Positions 41,255-55,513 of a stretch of DNA of 64,000 bases are shown here, one piece after another. The notes below the pieces were generated by a model. It had not been told where the DNA came from and did no database searches. It saw nothing but the letters and a program-made list of their open reading frames with translations. The DNA is from the human T2T-CHM13v2.0 reference genome, Homo sapiens: the NCBI RefSeq assembly GCF_009914755.1, contig NC_060929.1, one strand, 5' to 3'. Both the position numbers and the translations under genes were made by a program. Positions within the stretch are counted from its first letter, which is position 1. The number at the start of each line of letters is the position of its first letter.

Positions 41255-41673
41255 TAGATTGTTATTTCTGTGTTTATTAAATCTACTTGGTTTATTGTGT
41301 TGTTTAAGTTCTCTATTTACTGACTTATCCTGTCTGGTTGTTTTATCCATTATTGAGAGTAGGGTATTCAAGTCTGCAACTATTATTGTAGAACTGTGTA
41401 TTTCTGTCTTCAATTCTGACAGTTTTTGCCTCATATATTTTGATGGTCTGATATTAGATGTATGAAAGTTTATAATTATTATGTCTTCTTGTCTTGCTAA
41501 ATTTTTCATATGTAATGTCCTTTGTCTCTGATAACCTTTGACTTAAAGTATATTTTGTTTTATATTAATATAGCCACTCCCACTCTTTTTTGGTTACTAT
41601 TTGCATAGAATATCTTTTCATAGCTTTCTCACTTTCAATCTGTTTATATTTTTGGATCTAAAATAAGTTTCTT

Positions 41674-42172
<499 letters not shown>

Positions 42173-45139
42173 TTAGTCCATTCTTATAATCTGTTTTTTG
42201 ATTGGAGAGTTTAATCTATTTACATTTAAGTGATTATTGATTGGGAGGAACTTGTGTTATTTTGCTATTTGTTTTCTACATGCCATATAGCTTTTTTTTT
42301 GTACTCCATTTATTGCATTACTGCCTTCTTTTGTGTTTAGTTGATTTTTTGTGGTGTAATGTTTACTTTCTGTCATATCCTTTTGTTGTGTATTCAATAG
42401 GTATTTTATTTGTTATTACCATAAGGATTACATTTAACATCCTGAAGTTATGCCATTCTAATTTGAATTTATACCAGCTTGGCTTCAATAACATACGAAA
42501 ACTCTGCTCCTTTATAGCTCCATCTTCACCCCTCTTGGTTGTTGATGTCACAAAATTACCTCTTTATACATTTGTTTCCTAAAGAATAAGGTAATATTTT
42601 AAATGTGTGTCTTAAATTAAGAAAAAAAAATGGAGTTATATCTCATTGTTACTGTAATACTAGCTTTAAAAATTGCCTATATATTTATATTCATTGAGAT
42701 CTGTATGTCTTCATGTTGCTTTGGATTACTGTTTAGTGTTCTTTTATTTCACCCTTCAGGGCCTCCTTGAGCATTTCTTGTGGAACTGTTCTGTTGGTAA
42801 TACATTTTCTCAGCTTTGCTTTTTGGGGGAATGTCTTCATTTCTTCCTCACTTTTGAAGGGCAGTTTTGCCAGATATTGGATTCTTGGGTTGGCAAGGTT
42901 TTTTTGTTTTGTTTTTTAGTTTTTTAGAGCTTTGAATATATTGGCCAATGGCTGTCCTCTAAAGTTTCTGATGAGAAATCTGCTGATCATCTTTAGGGAA
43001 TCCCATGTATGTGACAGATTTCTTCTTTCTTGCTACTTTCAAGATTTTTCTCTTTGTCTTTGTCTTTCTAAAGTTTGATAATAATGAATCTTGGTATGGG
43101 TCACTTTGAGGTTACATTATTTGGAGTTCTTTGAGGTTCTTAGATATTTATATTCATGTCTTTCATCAAATTTGGGAAGTTTCCAGCCATTACTTCTGTA
43201 AATATTCTCGCTGATTCTTTCTCTTTGTCATCTTCTAGGACTGCTACAATGCACGTATTGGTTTGCTTGATGTTGACTCATGAGTCCTTTGGGATCTGGT
43301 TACTTCCATCGTTTTTTGTTGCTGTTATGGTTGTTCCTCAGGTTCAGTAATTTCCATTGCTCTCTCTTCAAGTTTGCTCATTCTTTCTTCTGCCTGTTCA
43401 AATCTGGCCTTGAATTCATTTAGTGAATCTTTCATTTCACTTATTGTACTTTTCAGCTCCCATATTTCTTTTCACATTTTCTATATCTTTGTTGACATTT
43501 TCATTTTGTTCATATATCACTCTTTGGAATTTCTCCCTATATTTCTCTATTGCTGTCAGCACTTTAAGATAACTGTTTTAAAGTCTTTGCCTAGTATATC
43601 TGCCATGATGTCTTTTTCAGGGACAACTTCTGTTGGTTTGTTTTTTTCCTCTGAATGGGCCATACTTTCCTGTTTATTTGTGTGCCTTATTATTTTTTAT
43701 TAAAATTGTACATCTGAATCTAATAATACCTTTGCCTCTATTTTTGCAGATAAATAAATTAAGACTTGGATAAATTGAGAGGCATAGGGATAATAGGGGA
43801 CTGGGATTTGAATGTCCAATATTTTGATTCCAGAGTTTCACCCTAACTTCCGAATTCTTTGCAACTTTTTCTCTAAGTCTGTTCTCACAAAGCAAACTTT
43901 TAATGTGCAATTTAGTAACTTAATAAGATATGGCTATTGGAAAGAAATAGTCTGTGGAGAAAGCCTGAGTCAATTATGTTCTACAATTTTAAAAAACTGG
44001 GATTCTGGTTTGTAATTCATCCTGTGAAATTGATTCTTGCCTAAACTACTAAAATTATGTTTCTGAATGCAACTAAGTGAGGATCAAACCATGAACTCTG
44101 CTTCTACTTCTGTATATTTTCTAATTTTCAAAGGCTTGTACAGACATCTCATGTCATCCTCATAATATGTCCTTGAACTACTGATAATTACTTTTTCCTT
44201 CTTAGAGGTAAGTCAATTGAAATGAAATGGTTTGTGAAACGTGGATGTAAATTAAAGGTCTTTTGACTTTTCTTGCAGGACTTTTCCAATATAGCATGGA
44301 TCAGGCATTTCATGAATTCCTTCCTGAACTAGCCAAATGACTTCACCCTTACGTAATCTGATTTAGTTCCATGTCATATAATTAAGAATTGGATGATGAT
44401 TGACTTATTGGTGTCTTAGAGCACTGCAATGTTTAATGCATTTGTGGATCTAATTTAATTAAATGAGAAAAGGAACTTCTACACCGTTAATATATGATGT
44501 AAATGCACTGAAATGGGAACTAGAACACATGCAATTAAGAAATTTGTTTCCCCACTAGACATAACAAGCCAGGAAGGATGACAAACATTTTTGTGTTTTG
44601 TTTCTCGTGGACTATTTCCACATGATCCGTGCCTTCATATATTTGGGTGTCAGTTTCTGAAAGTTTATTTTGCAGTTTCTGAATTGATTGTTCTGGATAA
44701 TTTAGCATTCCCTTTTTCTTTTGACAGTAGCAGAGAACTTGTGCATGGGTGGCTGACTTCTAATAGTCTTTTGATATTTCTATTTCCCAGAGGCCTATCA
44801 ACCCAATGACTTTTTATTTTTATGACCCATGTTCCAAATAATGACATGTAAAATTTCTGTTATTAGCCTCTTTTTTTGACTATGACTTCCTTATAAAGAA
44901 GAAAGAAAAAATTACTGTTATTTCAAACCAGCACTAAATAAATTTAATAAAACTTCATGCACAAACTTCAATTTGGAAAAACTCTGTTGCATAGTGTATC
45001 AGTAGTAATGTTTATCTTTTTAAAGGCAGTGTTGGCATTATAAGTGTAGAGTGTTGTTATATATAGACAAAAATTTTTAATTAAGCGTTAATAAACAGTT
45101 ACATGTGATGTATGGAAATAAATGTGAGCCGTAAATAGT

Positions 45140-45365
45140 AATGATAATTTTCATCATAACTACTTTTTAGTGCTTACTGTGCGTCAGGCAGCATCATATG
45201 TGATTTAATTTGATCCTCACCACAAATCTAAAAGGTTGGTACTAGTGTTATCCCCATTTTACAAATGAGAAAAATGCTGTTCAAAGAAGTGAAGTAAGTC
45301 AATCGGGTAACGCTCCTAGTTAAATCTGTCAGTTCCAGATTTCACGTTCTTTACTGTATGCAGTC
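45140..45365 (-). mobile_element. MIR SINE
   Basis: TAGTGCTTACTGTGCGTCAGGCA..ATCCTCAC..TATCCCCATTTTACAAATGAGAAAA. Confidence 0.8.
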
Positions 45366-46586
45366 CTACTGTATGACATATGATCGAAGAATAAAAGCCG
45401 AGTTCCCATGAGAAACAAATACATGCTTTAAAAAACAACTGCAAAACATCTAGACCACTAGCTTCTTCTGCTATCGAGTTAACAAGTTCAATGGCCAGGA
45501 AGATATATGCCCATATTAATAGAATTCTCTTGAACCACAAAATGTAGAAGGATAATAAATTTTACAGATTTTTTTTTTCCTGTTTCACATAGTCTCCAGT
45601 TTATGAGGACAGAAATTTGGAAGAAATTTATCTCAAAGTTTCGTGTATTTTTCTCTTGCACAGGTACTGTAAATCTCATAACTGATCATGTTTGCCTATT
45701 TTCTTTGGCTACTAGGAAGATTAGAAGAAAATGTGCCGCCCACGTATAATAATTGGATTTCTTAATCATATCTTGGCTTCATATAATTTTCTTACCCTAT
45801 TTTTCAGAGGCTCTGGTTTCTTGAGTGATTATTCTTCATTCTGTTATATTAAAAAAATTCCTTCAAGGTCCCACAATATCTTACTGAGGTATGGACTAAA
45901 TATACCAAAAATAAAATAAGTATGATAAAAATTCAAAATATATTGTTTTATTTAAAGACTTAGAATTTCTGTCAATGTGGACTACTGACATTTTCTGTTA
46001 AATTAAGAGAAAGGGTTAGATTTGGTTTGGTTTTAGGAATATAGATATAATCATATCATTGTATGAAACCATGCATCCTACTATGAATGTATGTTTTGTT
46101 CTATTTTGGAGAAGCTATTTATTTCTAGGGCATATTGCCATGCACAATTAGATATATGATACAAAGGGACAGTTTTCTGCTTCCTGATAACAAAAATTAA
46201 AGGTGAATTTCTCCAGATTTATTCCAGGGCTTATAAAATATTGTTATCATGGATGACCTAGTAACAAATGTAACACCCCATAACCTTTAGTGACAATAGA
46301 ATTCATTACTCTAATGTTCTATTGCCTATAAAACAGAGATTGAAACTCCATGCCTATCATGAAGATGTTAACAGGTGTTTTAAGCTAGATTGCTAAGCTC
46401 TCTTATTACTGATGTCTGGGAGCATCCTATTTTTACTGCAACTGGGAGGGCATGATTTTTCTAGGCAGTTTGGACCCCAGAGACATAACCGTCTGAGTAC
46501 ATTCTTGTTAGCAAGAGGGAAAATGGATGATTGGAAAAATAGCATTCAAGTGTTCCAGGGAAGAGGGAGGAAGGATCCTCAAGGGC

Positions 46587-46954
46587 TGTGTTAGTCTGTT
46601 TTCACGCTGCTGATAAAGACATACCCAAGACTGGGCAATTTACAAAGGAAAGAGGTGTAATGGAGAACTCACAGTTCCACGTGGCTAGGGAAGCCTCACA
46701 ATCATGGTGAAGGCAAGGGGGCATAAGTCACATCTTACATGGATAGCGACAGGCAAAGAGAAAGCTTGTGCAGAGAAACTCCCATTTTTAAAACCATCCG
46801 ATCTCCTGAGACCCATTCACTATCACAGGAACAGCATGGGAAAGACCGCCCCCCATGATTCAGTCATCTCCCACTGGGGACCTCCCAAAACTCATGGGAA
46901 TTCTGGGAGCTACAAGATGAGATTTGTGTGGGGACACAGAGCCAAACCATATCA
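46587..46954 (-). mobile_element. THE1A solo LTR
   Basis: GTTTTCACGCTGCTGATAAAGACATACCC..AGCTTGTGCAGAGAAACTCCC..GCCAAACCATATCA; TSD AGGGC/AGGGG. Confidence 0.92.
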
Positions 46955-48489
46955 AGGGGAAGAAAAGAAAAAGGGAAATATTGCTTTGGGATGAAAAAAA
47001 AATGAATGTGCAGAGGGCAGAGGACACGGATGACTTAGGTAAGTCCATGCAGAGTGTAAGCTTCATGAAAGCCTTTCTTTAATAATCTCTGTGATGTGTG
47101 ATGTGTCACATAATACATGGATTACCTTTTCATGCCGAGAGTTCTGTTAGTAAATCAAGATGATGAATTTTCTTGATGAATCCCCGAGTGTGCTTAGAGG
47201 AGAGAGGTAGAGGAGGCTGTGTTCGGGGCTCTGGATTCCCTCAAAGCAACTGGCAGTTGGCTTTTCCTGGCTGGTTCCTTGGACTACATGGATCCTGAGT
47301 GGTGCTGTGAGGTGCCAGAAACAACAAGCATGTCAAGTCTCACTTCAGGACTGAACAAAGTTATCTCTGTCCAGTGCGTATCCAAATGCAGTGAAAAAAA
47401 TGCATGAACAGATGGAGGAATTCACTTGTTCCATTTTCCTTTGGTGAATCTTAGGAGCTGTTTTGCCCATGATATGTTTGTTTTCCATACTTTTATATGT
47501 TTTTCCCCAGACACGGTATAAAATTTAGTATTTAAAGGTTAGTTCTGGCAAAGTTAACCAAATAGCTCTTATGCGAATTCCACAGATGTGCTTATTTATT
47601 CATGTGTAGAATGCTTTCTGTCCTCAAATTACTGTTCTTTATAATGAGGCCATGCCAATAATTAACTATTCTTTCACAGCTTAAGGGTCACTCTATTGTT
47701 AAAAAAATAAAATAAAACAGGAGAAGCTTGATCCACACAAAAGGAGTATGGTTTATAATTTTTACTATTGGATGCACTGAATAACATGACAGCAATGTTT
47801 AACATTTAACATAACAGCTATTTTATTAATTAAAAGATGGCTTTCAGTGTTCTTTTTTTTCCCTCTCTTTTATTTATATTGTCATTTGCTGCATGGAGTT
47901 TTATATTTTAGGTAGAATTAAGAAACTCCAGCATGTGGGATGCAGAATGTCTGCATTTATTTATTTGCAGATGCATGTGTGATACCAGTTTAGGAAACTC
48001 TATTTTAAAGGTAGGATGGTTTAAAGTCAGAATGATGGTACATAGTTCATATATGTTAAGATTACGATCTATAGAAGCCCCACTTGTCTAAACTGCAATA
48101 TCCTCCTATTTGGAACTACAACTGATGTTAAAAAGAATTTATTTTCATGGGCAATTTTCTTCTTCAACTTGCTGAAGTCAGATATAGAAAACAAAATGCC
48201 ATCAAGGGTAATGTTATTGCCCTTGCACTTTAATCTGGAAAGGGCAGAAGAGCTTTGCACCTTCAGGACTTCCTCTTTCTTGAGATAAGTGATGTTAGCT
48301 TCACTATTCATTTAGTATTGTATTATATTATACGTTACATATTTATATATTTTATAATATGGTTTATATTCAAAAGAAGTCAAACTATCCAGACATTACA
48401 GAAATGGTCACACTCTAACAAGCATGATCGTGAGTACTAAAATAGTATCCAGTGCCTTGGACCAAGCATAAGTATTAAAAATCATGTTT

Positions 48490-48791
48490 TTTGTTTCTTT
48501 CTTTCTTTTTTTCTTGAGACAGAGTCTCACTGTCGTCCAGGCTGAAGTGCAGTGGCGCTATCTCGGCTCACTGCAACCTCCGCCTCTCGGGTTCAATCAA
48601 TTATCTGCCTCACCCTCCCGAGTAGCTGGGATTACAGGCACCCGCCACCACGCCCGGCTAATTTTTGTATTTTTAGTAGAGACGGGGTTTCACCACCTTG
48701 GCCAGGCTGGTCTTGAACTCCTGACCTCATGATCCACCCGCCTCAGCCTCCCAAAGTGCTGGGATTACAGGCGTGAGCCACCGCCCCGGCC
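48490..48791 (-). mobile_element. AluS
   Basis: Full dimer on -; TSD-like AAATCATGTTT / AAATCATATTT. Confidence 0.95.
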
Positions 48792-49228
48792 AGAAATCAT
48801 ATTTAATGTGAACACAATTACAAGAAGAAAATAGTGTATTATAATAATTGTTTTTCTAAAATGATTGATGGAGTCCAAATAAAATTCATGAATCTGACAA
48901 ATATTCATTTAGTATGCCATGAATGGAACACTGTACTGGGAAGAGTTAATGCAACAAAAATGACTGAAACATAACTGTCCTAATACAACCTGTAGGCCTA
49001 TAAAAGGGGCAGAGGCCAGAATTTGGAGTCTGACATAAATATAACGTGATTAAAATGTTTGTTGTGGAGGGTGAATGCAGTGGTAGCGGCAAGCTTCTCC
49101 AGGAATTGTCATTTATTTACTAAACTAAAAGAAACAAGCTTTGTGATAAATTGCAGGTTAATGTTTTGTAAATATTTATTTTTTAATTTTAACAATAGTT
49201 TTATTTTCCTATAAAATAGCTTGTTAAT

Positions 49229-49535
49229 GGCCGGGTGCAGTGGCTCAGGCCTATAATCCCAGCACGTTGGGAGGCCGAGGCAGGCGGTTCACAAGGTCAG
49301 GAGTTCAAGACCAGCCTGGCCAACATGGTGAAACCCCGTCTCTACTAAAAATACAAAAATTACCTGGGCTTGGTGGCATGTGCCTGTAATCGCAGCTACT
49401 CAGGAGACTGGGGCAGGAGAATCTCTTGAACCCGGGACCCGGGAGATGGAGGGTTGCAGTGCACCAAGATTGTGCCACTGCACCCCAGCCTGGGCTATAG
49501 AGGAAGACTGGGTCTCAAAAAAAAAAAAAAAAAAA
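49229..49535 (+). mobile_element. AluSg-like
   Basis: Full dimer; TSD core AGCTTGTTAAT; internal ACCCGGG duplication. Confidence 0.95.
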
Positions 49536-49759
49536 AGCTTGTTAATGCCTTTGCTGCCGCCCAGTCCCTGACCTTGCTGTCCCCAGCTGCGCTGAGCACA
49601 CAGCTTTCCACAGATCCTGCTGCACAGGCCTCTTCCTCATTCCCTCCAAAGCCATGCTGCCTCACCGTGGCGCTGTCCAAATGCTTCTGATGCTGTACGC
49701 CGTCTCTTCTCTATGGGACCTCAGTGAGGCACATACTGCTCCTCTGGGGCTGGCGATCA

Positions 49760-49960
49760 CAAGTCATGGGTTTAATCCCTGCTCTAAATGTTACTAGCTG
49801 ATTAGACTTTGGGCAAGACATTTAATTTCTCTGATCTGTGCCCTCTTCTGAACAATGTGGATTATTGTAAGACATATAGGAGTGGTTGTTGTAAGTATCA
49901 AGTGGGGTAACAAATGGGAAAGATTCTCCCAAGGCCTGTCTCAGGCAAACCATCAGTTAT
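49760..49960 (+). mobile_element. MIR SINE
   Basis: GGGTTTAATCCCTGCTCT..TTACTAGCTG..GACTTTGGGCAAG. Confidence 0.7.
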
Positions 49961-50338
49961 GTCCATTAACCCTTCCCTCTCTCTTTTTCTGCCTCCCTCC
50001 TCTTCCATCCTTCCTTCCTTTCTCTGTTTCTTGCTTGCCTTTTTCTTTAAAATTCTTTAATCTCCTCTTTCTCTTTTCTGTGATATAATAATCACAAAAG
50101 AAGGACTTATGATACATATGTTCAGGTAGTTCAGAAAAGGAAAGAGCGTTTCACAATTGAAAGCATGAGAGAAGTATTCAAGGAGCACTCATGTAGGTCT
50201 TGAAGTGAAAGTAGACCTTACATATATAGAAAAGAGAGAAAGCATGTCCAGATGGGTGGATGTAAAGTTAGCGCCATCATGGAGGGCCTTGCCTCCTTTG
50301 TACTCTATTAGACAACATGGAGGCTCTGAAGTTTATTT

Positions 50339-50662
<324 letters not shown>

Positions 50663-52374
50663 TAAAGGATTGCTTCTGAAAACAGAGTTCATGATTAATA
50701 GACTAGGTAGAGAAGAGAAGTGGAGAGACCATTTCAGAGGATGTGAATCAAAGTAATAACAAATGAAATGGAAAGGGCTGTTGAGGAATGAATTGCAGTG
50801 TCACTGGGACTTCCAGCCAATTGCTTCTAGGTGTGTAAGCAGTGATGATGGGGATGCTAAGCTTAGTCATTGGAAGGACACAGGTGCCATGATCATGGAG
50901 AGGAAACATCAACTGAAATATTTTTGACTAGAAAGGTAATGAACAATTACATGTTTGAGATTTCAGCTGGAAATTTGGGAAAATGTGTTTAGAAAGTGAT
51001 GGGAAGTACAAGCCTTGATTTCCACAGCTATTTAAAACCCACTTCCAGGGATTTTAGAATAGAGGTTAAATGTAAGAAGTAGACACATTCAAGGATAATG
51101 AATGTCCGGAGAGAAGGGCTTAGAGCAGATGACCTGAGGGAAGTGAGATTTATTTTGTGAATGGTGAATGATGATCCAGAGAAAACATCATCGGAAGCTG
51201 AACTGCTTACAAGGTTGGGATAGTGTTGAGAGAAGAGAGCACTGGGGTATTTTGAATAGTGTGGTGCACTGAGTTTGAGGAAGATGGAGGATTAAAGGCT
51301 GTTGGGTTTATCAACTTAGAGGTCACTGGAGACTTTTGGAAAACAGTTTTACAGGGTGATATTTGTTAAAGCGAGAGCAGGACGAATAGTGTTTCATAGT
51401 AAGCCATGGAATTGGATTTGATGGTTTTAAATCAAGGCTTGTTTTCCACTAGTTGCTTCAGATGTAAGATTTAGTGTCTTTCTGGGTGTTTCATGTAAAG
51501 AAAAGATAATTTATGTGAACTTTTGTATTTTTAAATGAATATTCAATGCATTTAAGTTGCAAATTTCAGAACCCTTTTTCTTGAGCTCTAAAGCTTAACT
51601 CCAATTTATTCTATTTATAAATGTGATATAGTGTAGCAACCACTTTCAAAAGGACCTTTACAACTTAGTTAATTAAATTCCATTAAATATTTAAACAGCA
51701 ATCATAAATTTAACATATTCATTTCTGTTTTGAAGCTTTTCAATACTCCAGCAACTTAGATGGCCCCAAGTTCTAGAGAAATCTACATAAATATAATAAG
51801 TTGAATATGCAAGTATGGTGGCCCTTAAGTTCTCATAAATATTACAATATTGTTTATACAACAGTAGATTTTTCTTATAAGTTTCAAATTAAAATAACAA
51901 ATCCACATAAATCACCCAATCTTAAATGTGATAAATACGTAAAATAGCAACTATACACAAATTATTTCTAAGTGCAAAAGTATTAAAGCACTGGGCTTGT
52001 TGTTGCTACTTCATCTTTGTCCCTTTTTCTCCATTTGGCTGATTTTAAGAAAATTTATACTCTAGGAAAACAATTCTACCAGTCAGGGTCTGGTTTCCTC
52101 AGCTACCATTCCTTTTGTCTTCCTCCAATTTAAAAGCTGAAAAGTAAGACATTCAAATTCTCAGCCTGTCTTGCAGCAGGAGGAGGCCACTTGATACGCT
52201 GCTGTCTGATGGGATATAGACAGGAGTTCCTGTGTATTTTAAGTTGCAGATAATAGGGAACCAGATATCCACTCATGACTACTGAGAGTTGGACCTAGAA
52301 TTATCATAATATCTGACGCTTCTATAACCCTCACTGTATTCCAGAAACCATCTTCTGTGCCTTCTATGGGCTAA

Positions 52375-52520
52375 CTATAACACCTATAACAACTCATGAG
52401 GTAGATGCAGTTATCCTTCCATTTCATCACTGAGGAAATGGTAGCACAGAGAGGTCAGTTACTTGCCCAGAGTCACACAGCCAGTAAATGACAGCATTTA
52501 AGATTTGAGCCCCAGCCCCC
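52375..52520 (-). mobile_element. MIR SINE
   Basis: TGAGGAAATGGTAGCACAGAGAGGTCAGTTACTTGCCCAGAGTCACACAGCCAGTAAATG..GATTTGAGCCC. Confidence 0.85.
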
Positions 52521-53534
52521 TCATTCCAGAATCCTCTTAATCTCTTCCCTATAGTCACCTCTCCCTGATCTCCATTTTTCCACTGGGCGTCCGAAGCTCT
52601 TTGTCTTATCTATTCTGCACTGTTTATGACATACTGTTACAGCTAATGGTTTCCATGTGTGCCTCCCCTGTTCCACTAAGTGGTCCTTGAAAGCGTGCAG
52701 CATGGCTCTTTATATCTCCAGTCACAGCCACAGTCTCCCTACAGATGTTCAACAAGTATTTTCATGAACAAGTGACTTCAGATCTATAAAATTACAAATG
52801 CCATAGATAGACTTACTTCAAAAACTCAACCGACCAAACCAAATAATTATTTGAAATTAAAAAGAAGTAAACCGGTAGAATAGTGACTATTTTACTCCAT
52901 AAAGAGTGTCACTTTGCATGATCTGAGGACTTGGGAATGTTGGAAGGGCATTGCTTCAGGAGATGTTTCAGGCTAAGAGAAAGATCTTTTTAAAATGTAT
53001 TTTGTTAATTGCACAATAAGGTGGAAGGAAACCAGGATGCTTGAGAAATACCCTGCGCTTCATGGTAATCGTGGAGATGTGGCCACACTGTTCAGTAATA
53101 CATTTTTATCACTTTGTCTGTATACATTAGAGCAGAGTTCGAGAGGACAAGTGCCCTAGTTCTCAATTCCTTTTATACTTAGGACTTTGACCATAAAGAA
53201 ACCTAACATTGCAAAGATTGACAGAAATATTCTCTACTTCCTGTAATTACCAAAGCATCCTGGTACCCATCAGTTCTGGACTTCTGTGTTACCATCTTTG
53301 CTCATTCTGACATCATGGGACCCCAGAGAGCTGCTCTGATTGCTTTTTGTATGTAAAAGCAAGTTTCCCTTTTTGTAAAATCAGGAGGCTGAAAATGAGC
53401 ATCAACATATGTGCCTGAATGACTTGCCTGTTGGAAATCTGCTCCCAGGACTGGTGCCAATGAAATATTCCAAACACTTGTTTGGGAGGCACCGTAGAAC
53501 ACATTCTACGAGGGAGGAGGCATAGTATGATAAT

Positions 53535-53745
53535 TAACACCGACTCTACAGAGTCACATGGCCTGGATGAAGTCTGGCTCCGTTTAAGTTGTATGACTTT
53601 ATTTAAATCATGGCTTTCTGAGTTTTGCTTTCCTTACATGTGAAATTAGGGTAATATGAGAAGTGCTTATGATGAGAAGTAAAATAATATAATAAAGAAA
53701 GTGCTTTATGAGCAACACAGTGCTATCCAAATATTTGTAACTATT
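53535..53745 (+). mobile_element. MIR SINE, diverged
   Basis: GACTCTACAGAGTCAC..CTGAGTTTTGCTTTCCTTACATGTGAAATTAGGGTAAT. Confidence 0.55.
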
Positions 53746-54769
53746 TTCCAAAAAATATATAATTAGGAACCTATCATACCTAATTGTAAGCCCTGATGTT
53801 TCAGTGGGTGGTTTCCCAGAGGTTGTGATGTGGTATGTTAGCTTTACTGGAAGACCTTAGCATACAGGCAGTTTCCCTTCTTGTTATCTACTGGAGGGTG
53901 GGAACAACATGTTGGCTCTCCCCTTCACATGCCTCAGGATGTTTATTTAAAGGAAAACAGCTCTCTTGGTCAAGAAAATCCCCCCTTTTCACTCTCTTCC
54001 TTGAATTTTGTAATAAGACCTGCTTACTTTCTCTAAAAGAGCAAAGCGAACACCCATGGCATCATATCTGTGTGGTACCATCTTAGGGAGGAAGCTGAGG
54101 AGTCCCCTACAGATCTGCTAGAAAAGGAGACCTTATGTTGCACCTTTGCATCTTTCTCCATAAATGGCAGTGTCGTTATTCAAGACTTTGGCAAATGTCT
54201 GAATCAAACATTCTGTAGGGAAAGAAGACAACTAACAATGCTCTGTTCAGATCTATGATTTTCCTTGAGGAAAACCAAAGTGTGAGTGGTGCCTGGGCAC
54301 CCATGCGGAGCTGATGCCTGTCCACAGACATCTGAAAGCAACACCACATTGTCACCAGCACTGAGGAGATGATCCACAGAAAAGGAGTGTCCCTTAACAC
54401 ATTGAAAGTACACGTTCATTTCATGATATGAGGTGTCCATTTGGTTTGAGCGAAGTGATCATTATGTAACATTGGTTTCTCTCATCTGGGCAGATGCATC
54501 CCTATACCAGCTGCCTGCAAGTCCTTCCACAGCCATCCAGCATCTTGGCATCCACTTCAGCTTCCTCTGAGGGTTCTTCCCCGCATCTCCAGCTGGGCCT
54601 GAGGGACAGGATTTCAGACTCCTTGCTGCTGACTTTTAGCCACCTGCAGCCCTTGATTCTGCCTCTTGCCCTTCAGATGCCTCTTGCCCTTCACGTTCCA
54701 CCCACCTCCTTTCCAGCTGTAACTCAACATTTGTCACCTCAACCAGATATTAAGCTATTTAAAAGGTAT

Positions 54770-55513
54770 TTTCCTACAACAGCCTTATGGAGCTGAAATT
54801 CACATACCGTAGATTTCACCCATTTAAGTGTACAGTTCAGTGGGTTTTAGTGTATTCACAGAATTGTACAACCGTCACCACAATCTAATTTTAGAACTTT
54901 TTTTTATCACAACAAGAAATCTCACACCCATTAGTATTTATTCCTTATTTGTCCCTATCCCCCTAGCCTTAGGCAACCTATAATCTCTTTTTTTGTCTCT
55001 GTAGATTTGCCTATTCTGGACATTTGCTGTAAAAGGAATCATGGAATATATGATTTGTTGTGAATGGGTTTCTTTACAAGGTTCATTTATGTTGCAGCAT
55101 GTATCAATACTTAATATCTTTATTGTTATAGAATATTCCATTTATAAATTTACAATGTATTATTTACCCATTAATCAGTTGGTAGACATTTGGATTGCTT
55201 TCATTTTTTGGCTTTAATGAGTATTACTGCTACGAACATTTGTGTACAAGTTTTTGTGTGCACCTATGTTTTCATTTCTCTTAGGTATATACCTAGGAGT
55301 GGAATATACCTAGGAGTGCTGGGTTGTGTGATAACTCTTATATTTGTCTTTTTGAGGAACTGCCCGACTATTCACCACAAAGGCTGCTCAATTTTATATT
55401 CCTTTCTGCATTGTGTAAGAGTTCCAATTTCTCTACATCGTCACCAACACTTTTTATTATCTTTTTGATGATAGCCATCTTAGTGGGTGTAAAGTGGTAT
55501 CTCACTGTGGTTT
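54770..55513 (-). mobile_element. L1MB-type 3' end
   Basis: AATTCACATACC..TTCACCCATTTAAGTGTACAGTTCAGTGG..GATTTGCCTATTCTGGACATT..GTGGTATCTCACTGTGGTTT. Confidence 0.88.

Noticed and set aside
42968-42980. CTGATGAG..AAA as a hammerhead ribozyme core
   Set aside because: Ordinary L1 sequence; no stem II/GAAA or flanking helices.
45808-45888. 81-nt frame-preserving AG..GT segment as a coding exon
   Set aside because: Splice motifs are plausible but the interior is intron-like (A/T runs) and the peptide is unrecognisable; expected by chance.
54659-55318. Small tandem duplications (TGCCTCTTGCCCTTCA x2 near 54660; ATATACCTAGGAGTG x2 near 55287)
   Set aside because: Common slippage products with no further structure.
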